This document shows, one piece after another, positions 1 through 18,596 of a stretch of DNA of 64,000 nt. The stretch's first letter is position 1, and each line of letters opens with the position of its first letter. The notes beneath the pieces were generated by a model, which was not told the origin of the DNA, searched no databases, and saw only the letters and a list, made by a program, of their open reading frames with translations. The stretch spans positions 3,737,814 through 3,801,813 of the forward strand of contig NC_134034.1 in NCBI RefSeq assembly GCF_964204645.1, written 5' to 3'. The DNA comes from Tubulanus polymorphus (lineage: Eukaryota; Animalia; Nemertea). A program made the position numbers and the translations under genes.

Positions 1-1403
1 GTTTCAACAATATAAACGACGGCTGCGCACAAAGTTACGATGACATCATAGATTTATATACGTACATATTTCAACACATATAGCTAGTAGATAGTTCCAG
101 ATCCTTACTGTAAAACCTCAAGGTATGTAAAGCATATTTAAAACATCTCTATCAAAATAACTGGTTTCGTTTCTGTATAAACATGTACGATTTTTAATCG
201 TTAGAAAGGCTAGGTTTCGTTGAGTCTGTCCTGGGCCGGTTCCACAGTCGCAACGATTTACAATAAGACCAGGCATGGCTTGTGTTTTAGACTTAAAAAC
301 GTCTACAATCCTAGGTGATCAGTTTAGTCCACTAATTGGAGTCTCTTCTCAATATGAAGCTGGGATGAAGCTGGGGTGATAGATAGGCTTTCATCAACAT
401 AAGAGGCTCATCAGAGTATAGGGTCAATTAGTACTACACGTACATCGGAAATTTATTAAACAATAATTTTTTGAAATCTAAATATTCAATCCAGGATTGA
501 AATTTTTCCAACTAGTCTCGGGTACCGTTCTGGTATAGACCAGGGCCCTCGTAGTTCTGGCATCTTTGGGCTTGCAAGCTGGCCTCTGGTTCCACTATTC
601 AAAATGTCCCTCTATATAGGCTAGCTGAACGTGAATTCAGAGGAAAATCTGTCACAAATAAGTGTTTCTAACAATTTTTGATTTTGAAACTAGTCTAGAA
701 ACTGGGTCAGGACTTCGGATCCGGGTGCGTCTTGAAATATCACAGGAAATTACCGCTATCTATTTCGAGGGACTGCGTAAATTAATTTCTATGACTTCAA
801 TCAGCCTATGTGATGGTCTAGGGCTGTAAAAACTGTGGTACCCCAGCGATTTGTGCACACACTGAAGCTAGCTGCGTCAACATAGAAGTTATAACGATAT
901 AATTCAACTCCGCGCAACTGGAGCCCAATCTATAGATTTCTCTTTATACCCAACACACCGATAACCGCTGCAGCTGTTGTCGCAGTCTTATTGAACCTCG
1001 CGTGCCAGTGATGTATACATTTCACCGTGCAACACGTGTTATATATAACCCCGTGTCTCCGAGACTGTAATCTAGACTTCTAATACGTATACAGTCGACA
1101 TGGCGCGTCATATTGGCCGTCAAGTGAGAGGAATGGCGGAAAGAGGTATCTGTGGCAGTGGAAGAGATGTTGAGTGGTTAACTGATCAGTTGGCCATTAT
1201 CACGCGTGAACCTGTGACATTTCACTCTGCAGTTAGCCGCTTTTGTAACACCCGACGGCCAAAATGACGCGCTCTGACTGATTTGTGGATTTTTGGTGGT
1301 GGATGAACGAACTAAATTTTAGTAAATAATGTACATTACGCGTTTAAGGGGTCTTGTGTGAGTCGACGTGAACTACGTCATCAATATTGGCGTTTTAAGA
1401 TAA

Positions 1404-1714
1404 CAATGTGGAACCCGCAACACCAGCTGTTCCACCAGATGGCGCGACGAGCAGTAGGTCTTCCGTTGTCAAAATTAGACTCCCGATCCATCATATACCA
1501 TAACAGCACCCACCAAATATACAAGACTTTGATTCCTCATATCAGATTCGGATATAGTCTTCGTAAATAATTGATTAATTTAAGAGAGAAGTTCATTCAG
1601 ATTAAATTGAAATGTAGAAGAAATCGAATGCGGACGACTAGCAAAGTTGGCGGATCCTCGCCTGCCATAAGTAGAATCCTCGATTGCCACAGTAACGCTG
1701 CGGGTACCCCATTG
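1404..1714. mobile_element. MITE-like element, CAATG(G/T)GG...CCCCATTG family (relatives at 7733-8168 and 28548-28860)
   Basis: Ends CAATGTGGAACC / GGTACCCCATTG; interior is the reverse-complement homolog of 28548-28860 (GGATCCTCGCCTGCCA, CCTCGATTGCCAC, CCAGATGGCGC). No clear TSD. Confidence 0.6.
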
Positions 1715-1981
1715 TCAGTTTTGGCGTTTATTTTGTAATCAATACATTTCATAACTCGTATCTATTTTGGGATAAATTTTGATAATCATTTTTGAGAGAA
1801 TGTGCACTCAATTTAGCATCGAGGCTAGAGCGGTTGCCGGTCAATTCAATTCGATTCAATTATCGATAGACAAATCCAAAATATCTTCATTCATGCTGAA
1901 ATTAATATTATATTGGTTATTGTTGACGATATTAAGCCACACGGCATCAATAAACTTTCAAGTTAGTTTTTTTGTTTCTAG

Positions 1982-7711
<5,730 letters not shown>

Positions 7712-7732
7712 TGTAGTGAAAAACGCTTTCAG

Positions 7733-8168
7733 CAATGGGGAACCATAACACCAGCCATGCCTGATACTAGATTGCGTGAATAACAGTCATTTTTAGGATT
7801 TTTGAAATTTAAACAGGATTTCTAAACTGTCTACTCTAAACATCAATATAATTCATTATGATATTATCAAACCAGCCTTGAAAAAGATATAAGATGCACC
7901 TTTTCAATAGTTTGCAGTAGTTGATTTCCAATTGCACATTTGTGACACCTAGTGGATCCCCACTCACAAGTGAAATCCTCTATTGCCGCTGTGATTAATG
8001 ACCTCCCCTTCGCTAGTGACACCTGGTGGATCCTCACTGTCTTGTCACAATCAAATTCCTCTATTAACGCAGTAGTTGATGTCTTACCGTCTACGGTGGT
8101 GACACCTGGTGACACTTGCCACAAAAGGAATCATTTATTGCCACAGCATTGTTATAGGTTCCCCATTG
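7733..8168. mobile_element. MITE-like element just downstream of the stop codon of the first gene
   Basis: TIR CAATGGGGAACC / GGTTCCCCATTG; internal GTGACACCTGGTGGATCC repeats also seen near 28600, 30160, 37430 and 37850. Confidence 0.7.
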
Positions 8169-9789
8169 AACAAAACATGATTACCGTACCTGGAGTAGTT
8201 ACTGACTCCAAAGAGACCATCCTCGGTTCTAGTGTTCAGATACAAACGTCAAAATTTTAATTTTTTTTGGGCGGGAAGGGGGTTGGGTTCATAGATGGTG
8301 ATAGCACAGCGCTATGTTCAGTCGGTTGAAGATCTCAAATAGGTTTTGAGCTAAACCATTACTACATCCTCGACGGAGATGTCGAATCACCTTTTACTTA
8401 CAGCAGCAGTAGCTGGTACGAATAGCACAGCCATAATAGCGTATATACTTATTCATCTTATTCATAATCCATACATACAATATGATAATTCCCGAATACA
8501 TGCGTTACATGCAATTCTATTTTCAAGGGATGGAGTACTGTAACCAACAGGCCGTAGTAAAAAACATAAGCGCATGGGCCCAAACTTTGCCAATAGTTGG
8601 GATCCAGTTCCACACAGTTGTTGGCAAAGTTTGACTAGCTTCTTAAACGGGAACCGAGAACTGCTGGATCCTTGCGCTTGATGTGATCATACAAAGAGAT
8701 CATTCCAGAAATCGAGAAATTTCTAATTAAAAATTATGTACAGCAGAAAAACCCCCCAAAAAATTCCGTTTCACAAATGAAATATATTTCTCTCAAGGAA
8801 TATTCTCACGAGGCGGGATCGTCTATGTTTATATGATGCACGACCGAATTCCACAGTTCTGAATTACGTAGATTAAATTCAAATTGAAACAATTCGAATA
8901 GAATTTAACTCCAAAGAGAGGATTAACTCGGGACTGTGGTGGAAACAGGGGCCGTTTCATAGAAATACATCGTACATATTATATTAGATAGTCGTACACA
9001 ATTCTGATGATGATGGCGATGCTTAAACGGTTTTTTGAAACGGTCCCCGTGTGTACATATTCAAGAATGTAAATATATAACGTCGTTTTAACGCAGCTTC
9101 TTTTTTTGTCATTTTTTCCAAACGTTTTTCCTCCGCTGATAGATCCATTGTACGTGACGTCATAATATATGTATGCGTAGTTTATACGTTATAGTTTTTA
9201 CGCGACAATAATCCAGATGATTTTGACGCATTTTGGGGATTAGGGCTCAGTCACAAAAAGATTAAATCTCAATCGATTCAAGATTATCGAAGATATGAAA
9301 TCGATTCGTTAGTTGAAGCTGGCCCCGCCATCTCTCATCTATTTATTGTCCGTATATATGACGTCGATCACGTGATGGAATCACTACAATGGGTGTACAG
9401 GTTTCACGGGTGTATACAGAGAGACGCGAGTGATATTTCATTTTTTTTTTGTAAAAATACGTATAATTGCTACAGTCGGTCGCGTCTAATGTATTTTTAT
9501 CGTCGATTCTAAAATTGAGAAATAAAGGGAAATAAAAGTCTCAAGTTAAACGAAAAAGAGTTTAATTCTTATCTCGCTTCGAAAGGTATCGTCTAAATCT
9601 CACCCCAGAGAAGCACATATCTATTGGCGGCGGCACACGCTAGATGGCGCGACTACGTGTGAAGTCGATTTTTCTATGGTATACCAATTAAGATGTAATA
9701 CACAAAAATATACGCAAGAAAACGATGATTGCGTGGGTCCGGACTACCGACCCTCCAAACCCGTAGTCTGTCCCTGTGTTACAAGAAAT

Positions 9790-10366
9790 ATATCTCTATT
9801 TACCATTTTTTCAAATAACTAGATGCCCTTGTTTCCATAGTTACTGAAAATTTTGATTTTAACAAAGTAGGACCGGTTGAATTGTCAAATTTCTTGATAT
9901 AAATATGCAAACATGATACTCTAGAAAACGTGTTTTGGAAGTTTGACTCGCAACTACTTAAAAACTAATACGGATAATTGAAAACGGTAAAAGGTATATA
10001 GGACCACATATAGATGGCTATTGATCCTGAAAATTTCAAAAATGTAGATTAAAATTTGTAAGAATTACGAACTTTTGAATGAGATGAGCAATAATTCAAG
10101 TTGAATTATCGGGAAGACGATATCAATGTTTATAACTTCACCAGTGCGCATTGTTGCATTAACTTAACAAATGAGTGATATCATAAAAAAGTTTATTATC
10201 AGCCGAGTTCATCGATATTTTAACTTTGTTTCTATCTTAATCAAATCCAGAGATATGAACGAAATAAAAAAATTAAACCGGAGAAAAATAGGGACAAAAA
10301 TTTCAACAATGCTGACCCGGCGGGTACCCAAAAAAATGGCGCCTGGAAACTGTAAAAAGGCTTATT
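9790..10366 (+). mobile_element. Arm of an unclassified DNA-transposon-like repeat ending ...GGAAACTGTAAAAAGGCTTATT
   Basis: ~10115-10366 is the reverse complement of 33614-33865; the terminus resembles that of the long-TIR element at 24440-26204. The 5' boundary is approximate. Confidence 0.6.
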
Positions 10367-10806
10367 GAAATGCACCTTAATCTAACACCGTAAGCCAGTG
10401 GACGGTCTAAGCTATACTAAACCGTACTACTATCATGCGCAGTTTCTATCACGCATCAAGTTGATGATACCCACAACGGCCGTCAGGTGGGAATCATGGC
10501 AAAATACATGGTGAATTACTCTCAGGGGTACACATATTTCGATGATCTATACGAAGCCAAGTTGAAATTCTTGAGCGAGAAAATGATGAAGATTGTGGCA
10601 ATTCTATCATGTTGCCGAATCGATTGAGAATACATGCAACTACATCACCTGATCTTAGATTATTACTTTAGTTTGGAAATTACCTGGTATGCAATGTATA
10701 GTTTGACGTACTACGTGTATAGAGTAGACCAAACGTGCTGCGCCGGAGGCAGATAGACAGATAAGCTGTTTTCGCGTTATACGACCAAGTATGGCTGCTT
10801 GAATAT

Positions 10807-11898
10807 ATGATGAACAGCACCGCGTCAATATCAACCACGTCTTTGATCGCTGACCAGTGTCAAATCTGGCTGAGGCAGCCGTATCGATGGGATTATAAAT
10901 TCAGCGTATTTATCTATCTTTTCCTCTACGGACCTGTATCATTCTGCGGAATTCTTCTCAACAGTTTTACCATTTACGTATTGATTAGTTTGAAAAGTAA
11001 GGAAAGCTACTATCTCATAAACGCGCTCGCGTCTTCCGATCTCATGTACTCCTTAACCGTGTTCATACTGTATCCCCTGAGAACGATCCACGTCTATATC
11101 GCTGTAGGTCGTGTTGTATTCCATATGGATGACTGGCATTTCGGTTGGGAATACATCTACGTATTCAGGGCGTTATTCTATATGCTGCAATGTATTCGGA
11201 ACTGGGTCGTCATGTTGATCAGCATCGAACGATTCGTCATTGTTGTTTTCCCTTTACAATCGCGGAGGTTTTGGACGAGAAAAGTTGTCAATTCTGCGCT
11301 AGGATTCATCAACGTCGTATCTTTCGCATTTTACTTGCCATATTTTTTCCCTAAAACGAGATTTGGAGCCTTTTTCTGCAAAGATAGCCGCCTTTATACG
11401 GTTATGCGATTTGAACTGCTCAAATATTACACTAAAACTTCAATTCTCTTCAATTGGGAATATACAATGTCCGATTTTATTGGAACAACTTTTACGATTA
11501 TCATCCCTATGTTTTCACTGATATTCCTAAACTCGATTTTGATTTTAGTTTTACTTTTTCAGAGGATACGTCGTTCCAAAATTAGTGACACGACGACTCG
11601 GTCCTCGAACGAATTCAGAGTTCTGCGCATGGCTTTATTATTGGTTTTGATATTTTTCACCTGCGAATCCTTTATTTTTTTGGAGAAAGCCTCTTCACAG
11701 TTTGTCAAGTCGTTAGGGTATGAGTTTTTGCCGATGATTGGATGGACAAATGGGAGGTTTGCAAGCACCCTCGTTTACAGAAAGATAGCCATTGGAATGA
11801 CAGTCGTTGACTCGTGCGCTAATTTCTTTGCGTATTGTTCCACGAATGATAAATTTAGACAAAAAGCCCGAAAAATCCTAACTTGCGTTGAGCGGTGA
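10807..11898 (+). CDS. Intronless class A (rhodopsin-family) GPCR, FMRFamide/peptide-receptor-like
   Basis: 363-aa ORF with seven hydrophobic segments; GILLN (TM1), LASSD (TM2), ISIERF (DRY equivalent), IIPM (TM5), FFTCE (TM6), DSCANFFAY + FR (TM7/helix 8); N-terminal NST sequon. Confidence 0.92.
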   Translation: MMNSTASISTTSLIADQCQIWLRQPYRWDYKFSVFIYLFLYGPVSFCGILLNSFTIYVLISLKSKESYYLINALASSDLMYSLTVFILYPLRTIHVYIAVGRVVFHMDDWHFGWEYIYVFRALFYMLQCIRNWVVMLISIERFVIVVFPLQSRRFWTRKVVNSALGFINVVSFAFYLPYFFPKTRFGAFFCKDSRLYTVMRFELLKYYTKTSILFNWEYTMSDFIGTTFTIIIPMFSLIFLNSILILVLLFQRIRRSKISDTTTRSSNEFRVLRMALLLVLIFFTCESFIFLEKASSQFVKSLGYEFLPMIGWTNGRFASTLVYRKIAIGMTVVDSCANFFAYCSTNDKFRQKARKILTCVER

Positions 11899-12731
11899 GC
11901 GTCTTCGTAGGAACTCGCAGTCAGTTTACCTATTTTCGTGATCAATCCCCATTTCTCTATGATGTACGGGCATACTTTCCAGAATAATCAGCGTTATGGC
12001 GCCTGGAAACTGTAAAAAGGCTTATTCAAGTCATCATTTATTACACGTTACTTCCGTGTTGTTGAAAATCTTGCGAGTCCTGGACCAAACCCCAATGAAC
12101 AATGTGATCTGTGTGCTGGCCACAAATGCACACAGATCACACTACACTACCCATTACACACTCCAGTACCCACAGCTTTCATATATCCATCCAAATATTT
12201 AGTGGCTTTCTTCCTGGGTATGATATTAAACCAGTGAACTGAGTCGGTCCTGGTCCATTGATAATCCCATGAAATTGTATAAACCTCACGTCGTGCTGGC
12301 GATATCTCATGCCAGGACTGTTTGGTATCGATGCTTGTTTCGATGTTGGCTGAAAAATCTTTCATTTGGTATCATATTATAGTTTATCATAATGCTTTAT
12401 GTCCCGTACTATTTGTACGAGTATGAATAAACTATCGATTCGTCACTTTTGGTCAGGGGCCCTATGGAGCCAAATTCCAAAGCTGTCGGTTTACTGGACT
12501 GCGCAGTTTATTTTCGACGATATCTAGGCAGACATTTCTCAATAAAAGAACTCATTATGGACCATGAACGTGTTTTATATCAAAGAAATGAATAGGGGGA
12601 TCGTCGGATTTTAAATCGTACCGGGTGTTTCGTTTGACGATTTCGTACTAAGCTAGTGTCTTTATAGGAAATTGCTATCAGAAAAAGCCGTCAAATCATC
12701 GTATTACTGAGGGTTTCTACTGAGGACCCTA

Positions 12732-12908
12732 CAGTCAATCCCGATATACCGCCCACATCAGTGCAGAGGGATTTTGGCGGTAGGCCTATAGAGAGTATGG
12801 TGGTATATCGAGGTTGTTTTACTAAGTTTGTATAGAGATGCACATTGAGAAAACCTGGCAGTAGGCAGGGGTGGTGGTATATGGGAGGGTGGTATCGAGG
12901 GTTGACTG
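12732..12908. mobile_element. Tc1/mariner-type MITE, TA TSD
   Basis: TA-CAGTCAATCCCGATATACC ... GGTATCGAGGGTTGACTG-TA; related to 16758-16885. Confidence 0.75.
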
Positions 12909-13296
12909 TATTTGAACTTACAAAAAAGCGTAGAAAATAATTGTCATTAAAAAAAAAACGATGCTCAAGTTCTTTGAATGACATTCAGTAAGGCTGCTGG
13001 AACTTCATCGATATGCGGGAGAGTTCACTCGAACCACCAGAACCCTCCCAAGATCCTCGGGCCTAGGTAAAAGGAGTTTCTTTTATCAGCGCGTACGTGA
13101 TTTCAGATAAACGCGTGTCACACACTGAATGCACTGAGACAGGCGAGTGGCGCCTCTGCAATGTGCTCAAACGTGGATGCGGTAAGCGAGTACACGTGCA
13201 CCGTGTGGCGGAATTTATGGTTTTTTTCGGAAATAATCGATGCGCAGTTTGTAACGTGTGAGCGATACTACTAAATCTACTACTGAGTTTGTAGCG

Positions 13297-16200
13297 ATGT
13301 CGCTGAAATTATTGCTCATCTTTGCAGCGATCCCTCTTGTTTTTCGAGGTAATCAACCAATTTTGTCATCGACACTACGCGCTTTTATTTATTTAGGCTG
13401 AAGAAGATAAGAAGCCAGAACGGCGGCGGGCAGAAGGGACGCGCGTCTGAAAATAAAACTTTTTCTTAGACCTCTACTAACTATAGCTATGGTAGGCCCA
13501 TGGCATAATACTATATAATCATAAGTTTGGCCTAGCTAGGGCTATTCTTTTATAGCGGGACCCACACGAGTATGCCTAGGCCTAGGCCCAATATGCATAA
13601 TTAAGCTACCGGTAATCCTAAATAAAGCGTCGCAGGGAATTCATTTTTACAAATTCAAATTCAAAATAACTTTATTGATCCTTAATGTTCAACGTATACA
13701 TCATTGGATTGACATTTTCAATAAAGTGGAGAGGACAAACAAGAGACATGGAGAATAGAAAAAAAAACAAAAATAATAATGGAGCAGTTTAGAAGGAAAT
13801 TTTAACATAATTAATGTAACAGAGAATAGGCTATAAACATATATACAGTATCATGAATGGAGTAGGATAAGAGTATTAGACATTTATTAACTACATCCTA
13901 TATATAAACTTACAATGAATATATACATATACATACACATACACACATACAAATATACATAAATATACGTATACATCCACATACACATATATACACACAC
14001 ATACATGTGTATCAATATAGTCCAGTCAACCCAGAGTAAAGCGGTATCTCGTGTTTAATTAGAGTTGTGACGAAAGGTAGCTAGATCATTTACCAGGTTA
14101 CATACAACTTTGCCTATTTCAGAATCATTGTTATAATTAGAGAAGAGGAGGGCGAATTGTTCATCAGGGTTTAGGGTTGAGAAAGAAGGGATAATATCAT
14201 TGATGTTGGTGAGATGTTTAGTACGGATTGTTGAGAGAGCAGTGCAGTCGAGAAGGAAATGTTTTTCGTCCTCAATTTGATTTGAGTTGCAAAGCTTACA
14301 GGTCCAGCGCTGGCTAACCTAAGCGGGTTGGCTGTTCTGGCTGTGAGACTGTGGACTCGCCCTCGTACACAGTACACACAGCCTGTTTGTTGGTTCTCAT
14401 TGGTTTCCCAATCAATAATTTTCACAAAATCGGAAATTCCCGCATAACTAAGTACCGGTAGGCCTCTAACTTAGTACAGTTAGAAAACTGAGCCCGTATG
14501 CTGATTGTTAAATTCATTTGAATAAGCTGAAGTCAATTTCGAATCAACCTGTTCATGATCAGTACAAAAGTACATAGGCCTAACTTTATCGCTGTACCAG
14601 TGCTATCATATTTGCTTTTCCGTCAGACTTTTGTCGAGTTTTGAGTTAGATCATGGACTCTAAAATTATTTAGAGTCCATGGTTGAATATATCCCATTCC
14701 CAGGGTCCTGACGAGATGATACAAGATGATATTGAGATATAACATATTTTTAGATCATTCGATATTAAAAAATTATTGCACATATTCTTTTATAATTGAA
14801 ACCAAAAAGCGAACATTGTCATGATATAAAACGCGTTTCTAAATCCATGAATAGGCCTATTAACAAACGAACGCAAAGAGTTTACGATGTTTAAGATGTT
14901 GAATACACAGTTCAGATAAAGCATATTTCTAGGTATAATGATAGGTATGATAATTTAAATCAAACAGTTTTCTACGAATTAGTTTGCTTTAGGCCTAATT
15001 CATCACATCAAAGCAACAATTCGATGAATAGTTTATAAGTGATACACTTATAATGATAACCACCCTCAAACGTGGTGAACGGATAATAAGATAAAAACCC
15101 GTTATCTACAAATTAAAAGAATTTAAAAAACAAGAAATTCTTTTATTCGAACAATATAAAATATATAAAATACAGGACGTTTCGATCTCACCCTACAGAT
15201 CATGGTCAGGTGTGTGACCTGACGATGATATCTACGTTTTTAAATTCTTTTGAGTTGTAGACAGTGGGTTTATATCTTCTTTGACACATTAGTCTCTCAT
15301 TATCATTAAATCAATTTAAATCAATCGTACCGTACGATTGTATATCAACATCAGATCTGGCTTTTTTAGTTGTTTTCCCGGTTGGGGCAAGGTAAATGTA
15401 GGCTTAACCCAAATCTATCCTCACCTGCCGGGAGTCAAAAATGCTAGGCCTAAATCTCCGAGGAGATTTCACCTGCATTGTGTTCCTATTTTATTTTATA
15501 TGACTACGACCAAATCGACAAGAACGGTGTTCTTGTTTACACTGTTTTTCAGGCGTAGGCCAAAAAAAAATCAGTCAGCATTGCCAAGTTCAAGAATTCA
15601 TATCCAGGATATAATCAAATAAGAAAAATACATATTGTGGTATCTTTTCATTTCAATCAACTCGAAGCGTTAAGGAGCAGGGCTTCCATAGCAATGTGAT
15701 GTGTACCGTACGGTGCTGTGCACTCCCACCAGGTGGGGATAGTGCCTTCAGTCCCTATGTATGTCTTAAGTTAAATTCAATCGGAATGGTTAAATTCAAT
15801 TGGAATGCTAGCTTTGCTAAAAATACCTTCATGGACTTAGATAGCCTAACTTTCCGACGATTTATTCATCTACCGATCTTTGCCAGTATGTTTTTACCAT
15901 GATGTGTATGACCCGATCAATAAAATTTGATTTGATAAGATTTCGTATTTAGCAATGGACGAGCAGGCCCGTGCCGAGCTTTTGGATGGGCAGTTCTACT
16001 TCTCTACCGTGAATAGGAGCCCTTTCCTAAGACAGGACAGATCTTAAATAACCTATCGATAAGCCTAAACTCAAACAATAAAACCTGAGCACATCATTTG
16101 AGAATGGATAAGGCCTACTTATCATCGTGTTTCCAAAAAAAACATGAAAATCGGTAAAAATTTCGAAAAATCTTGGGTGGTTGTGGTATCTCGGGGACGA

Positions 16201-17245
16201 CTGATCGTTGGTGAATATTCTTTGAGAGGGTGGTTCCATTTTACACGAAATCTAACATCTTTTTTTCTGTGGACCGTTTTCAGGGTGTGACGCTATAAAA
16301 GTGAGCGAGTGTTACAAATGCAGCTCGTTCGCCGCTGGTGAAGAGGTTTGCGAATCTGGTTCGCTCGACGACTTGTCGCAGTTCGTCACGCAATGCAATT
16401 CGACCGCCCAGAAATGCGCGAAACTCGTGCAAATGTACCACACCAGCCTGACTACCAGTAAGTTTACACTTTAATCTATCTCCGATAAACTCTTGAGAGG
16501 TCATTTAATTAGTATGACGATTAAAGCGAAATATATCTACACGTACAAATAAATTCGATATTAAGCACACGTAAATTGCCGAATCTATAAGCGTTTTCAT
16601 AACAGTTAAAAACGTGCACTGATTTTCTAAATCATATCCATTTTTTGTTGCATCAAAGCTCTGAATTTGAAAGGATTTCCATCAGCCAAAAATAAATAAG
16701 TTTGCCGAAACCTCATGAAAGTTTTGTATTACTTGTCAAATGTTACTGGAGCTAGTACAGTCTACCCCCGATATACGGCCGCCATACGCTAGAATACCAC
16801 CAAAATGTGGGCCACATCTATACCGCCAAAATGTGGGCCACATCTATACCGCCAAAATGTGGGGCGGTATATCGGGGGTTGACTGTACTAGCGCCAGTAA
16901 CATTTTTGGACTGTTTTTCGTTATCATGGCGGGATTCTCTCTACATCATCGTCATAACACGGATTAATAGTGTTTTATCAATCGTGTATCGTCGTTTTAT
17001 TATCCTCAGCTTGCTTCATCTTTTTTCTTGTTTCTGTTTCAGCGGTTTCGGGAGTGGTTAGAATGTGTACGACGGACACGTCCGACAATGGTTGTCACAG
17101 GGCGTCGGTCGGTTCGACCGGTCAGTCCAGTCAACGCTGCCTCTGCGACGACGCCAACAACTGTAACTCCGCGTCCGTCGTCACTATGACGACCGTCGCT
17201 ATGCTTTTGACGTCGCTCGTATCGTTCGTTTCGATTGGTTCATAA
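13297..17245 (+). CDS. GPI-anchored Ly6/uPAR three-finger protein (quiver/sleepless-like), 142 aa; exons 13297-13348, 16284-16457, 17043-17245
   Basis: Signal peptide MSLKLLLIFAAIPLVFRGCDA; 10 Cys in the pattern CYKC...C...C...CAK...RMC...C...CLC....CN; hydrophobic GPI-signal tail VAMLLTSLVSFVSIGS; two phase-1 introns with canonical sites. Confidence 0.9.
13652..14030 (-). mobile_element. Probable LINE 3' end remnant
   Basis: On the minus strand an AT/TG-rich UTR-like tract, AATAAA, then a (TTTGAA)n tail at ~13652-13665. Confidence 0.4.
15053..15280. mobile_element. Penelope-like (pseudo-LTR-derived) foldback element with a mutated hammerhead motif
   Basis: Homologous to 20611-20821; minus strand reads ACAC-CTGACCA-T-GATCTGTAGGGTGAGATC-GAAACGTC (core G8 changed to C). 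Confidence 0.7.
16758..16885. mobile_element. Tc1/mariner-type MITE with internal 26-bp tandem repeats
   Basis: TA-CAGTCTACCCCCGATATAC ... GTATATCGGGGGTTGACTG-TA; CCGCCAAAATGTGGGCCACATCTATA repeated. Confidence 0.8.
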
Positions 17246-17519
17246 TCGAAGCTTCCGGTTCAGCCGTAGATTTATTAACATTTTCGAAATTTGAACGTAC
17301 ATTTTGGTTTTGAAGTTGAACAACTCGGGACTGTAGAACTAGGGGCTTAATCCGGATCAGTCAGGACCAATGGAATTAATCCTGTTCGTGATAAATCCGA
17401 ATTACGGTAAAACCAGCTTAATCCGGATTAGCGGGGATGCAATATTGTGACATGAATAATATCTCGATCCATTTGATCAACATCCGGATGAAGCTGATCC
17501 GGATTGAGCGGGTTTGACT

Positions 17520-17815
17520 TGTTCCACAGTTCTGAGTTAGAATTAACTCTGAGCTAAAGTTAGTTCATTTTCAATGAGTTAACCCAGAGTCAAATCTTAA
17601 CTCTCCGGACCCAGTTCCACAGCTGGATCCAGTTCCACAGTTCTGAGTTAAGATTTAACTCTGAGTTAACTAATCAAAAATGAATCTACTTTTACTCAGA
17701 GTTTAATTCTTATTCACAACTGTGAAACTGGGTTAAGATTTGACTCACGAGTTAAATGAACTGATTCTAACTTGGGGTTGATTAAACTCTAACTCACAAC
17801 TGTGGGACCGGGTCC
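17520..17815. mobile_element. Cluster of palindromic Harbinger-like MITEs (GTTCCACAGTTCTGAGTTA...TAACTC...AACTGTGG.ACC)
   Basis: Several nested or tandem inverted repeats sharing CCAGTTCCACAGTT termini. Confidence 0.6.
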
Positions 17816-18269
17816 CGGAGTCTAACTGGTCTAGTGGTTTCAGGTCGCCGTTTAACCATGCAGGGACCATTCATTCATTACGTACGCACAAAATCTGGAA
17901 TTTTTTATAACCCACCTTCAACGCAAATCGGCCATGGACATTGAATATCACAGTGCGCTTACCCGTCCCAGTCCCCGAGCGCTTCACGTAATAAATGAAT
18001 AGCTCCGCGCGTAGTGTACAGCTATTGCATGTTTAATGGAATGCGTGAATTGATGCGTAGTTTAGTTTATGATTTGTATCTTTGCCGAAAATTCCAAAAA
18101 TGATTAGTACTAAAAATAAACTTTCGAAATTCGATGAATTCCAATACATATTTATACGTATTGTATAAAGTTGTTGTTCGTTGTATTTGATGTACGTATA
18201 ATCTTTTCAATAAATTTATTTTAATTTGAAAATTCGAAAAATTATTCGGTTGTTCGTCTAGGCTTTGAC

Positions 18270-18430
18270 ATTTTCTGCACCCGCTACCCAGACAATCCCA
18301 CGGAACCCTCTTATCCCCGGACCTGCTACACCGCCCCAAGACAATCTGCAGACGGAACCCTCTTTCCGGGACAGTCTGCACCGACCCAGACAATCCGCGG
18401 CCTGAACCTACCGCCCCGGACAATCTGTAC
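18270..18430. repeat. Degenerate short tandem repeat (C.GACAATC.GCAC.G..CC units)
   Basis: About five imperfect copies containing GACAATC/GACAGTC and GGAACCCTCT. Confidence 0.6.
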
Positions 18431-18596
18431 CGACAACGTCTAGTCGACCAGTCACTCGGTCTGTCGTCCAGCCATTCAGTTTATCGATCGAGTCGTACAG
18501 TGGCCCAGTCACTCGATCATCCAGTTATCCAGCCGCCAGCTAGTTCACCAGTCAGATGCGCGTATACTCCGTAGGGCAGGGTGGATGGATATAATA

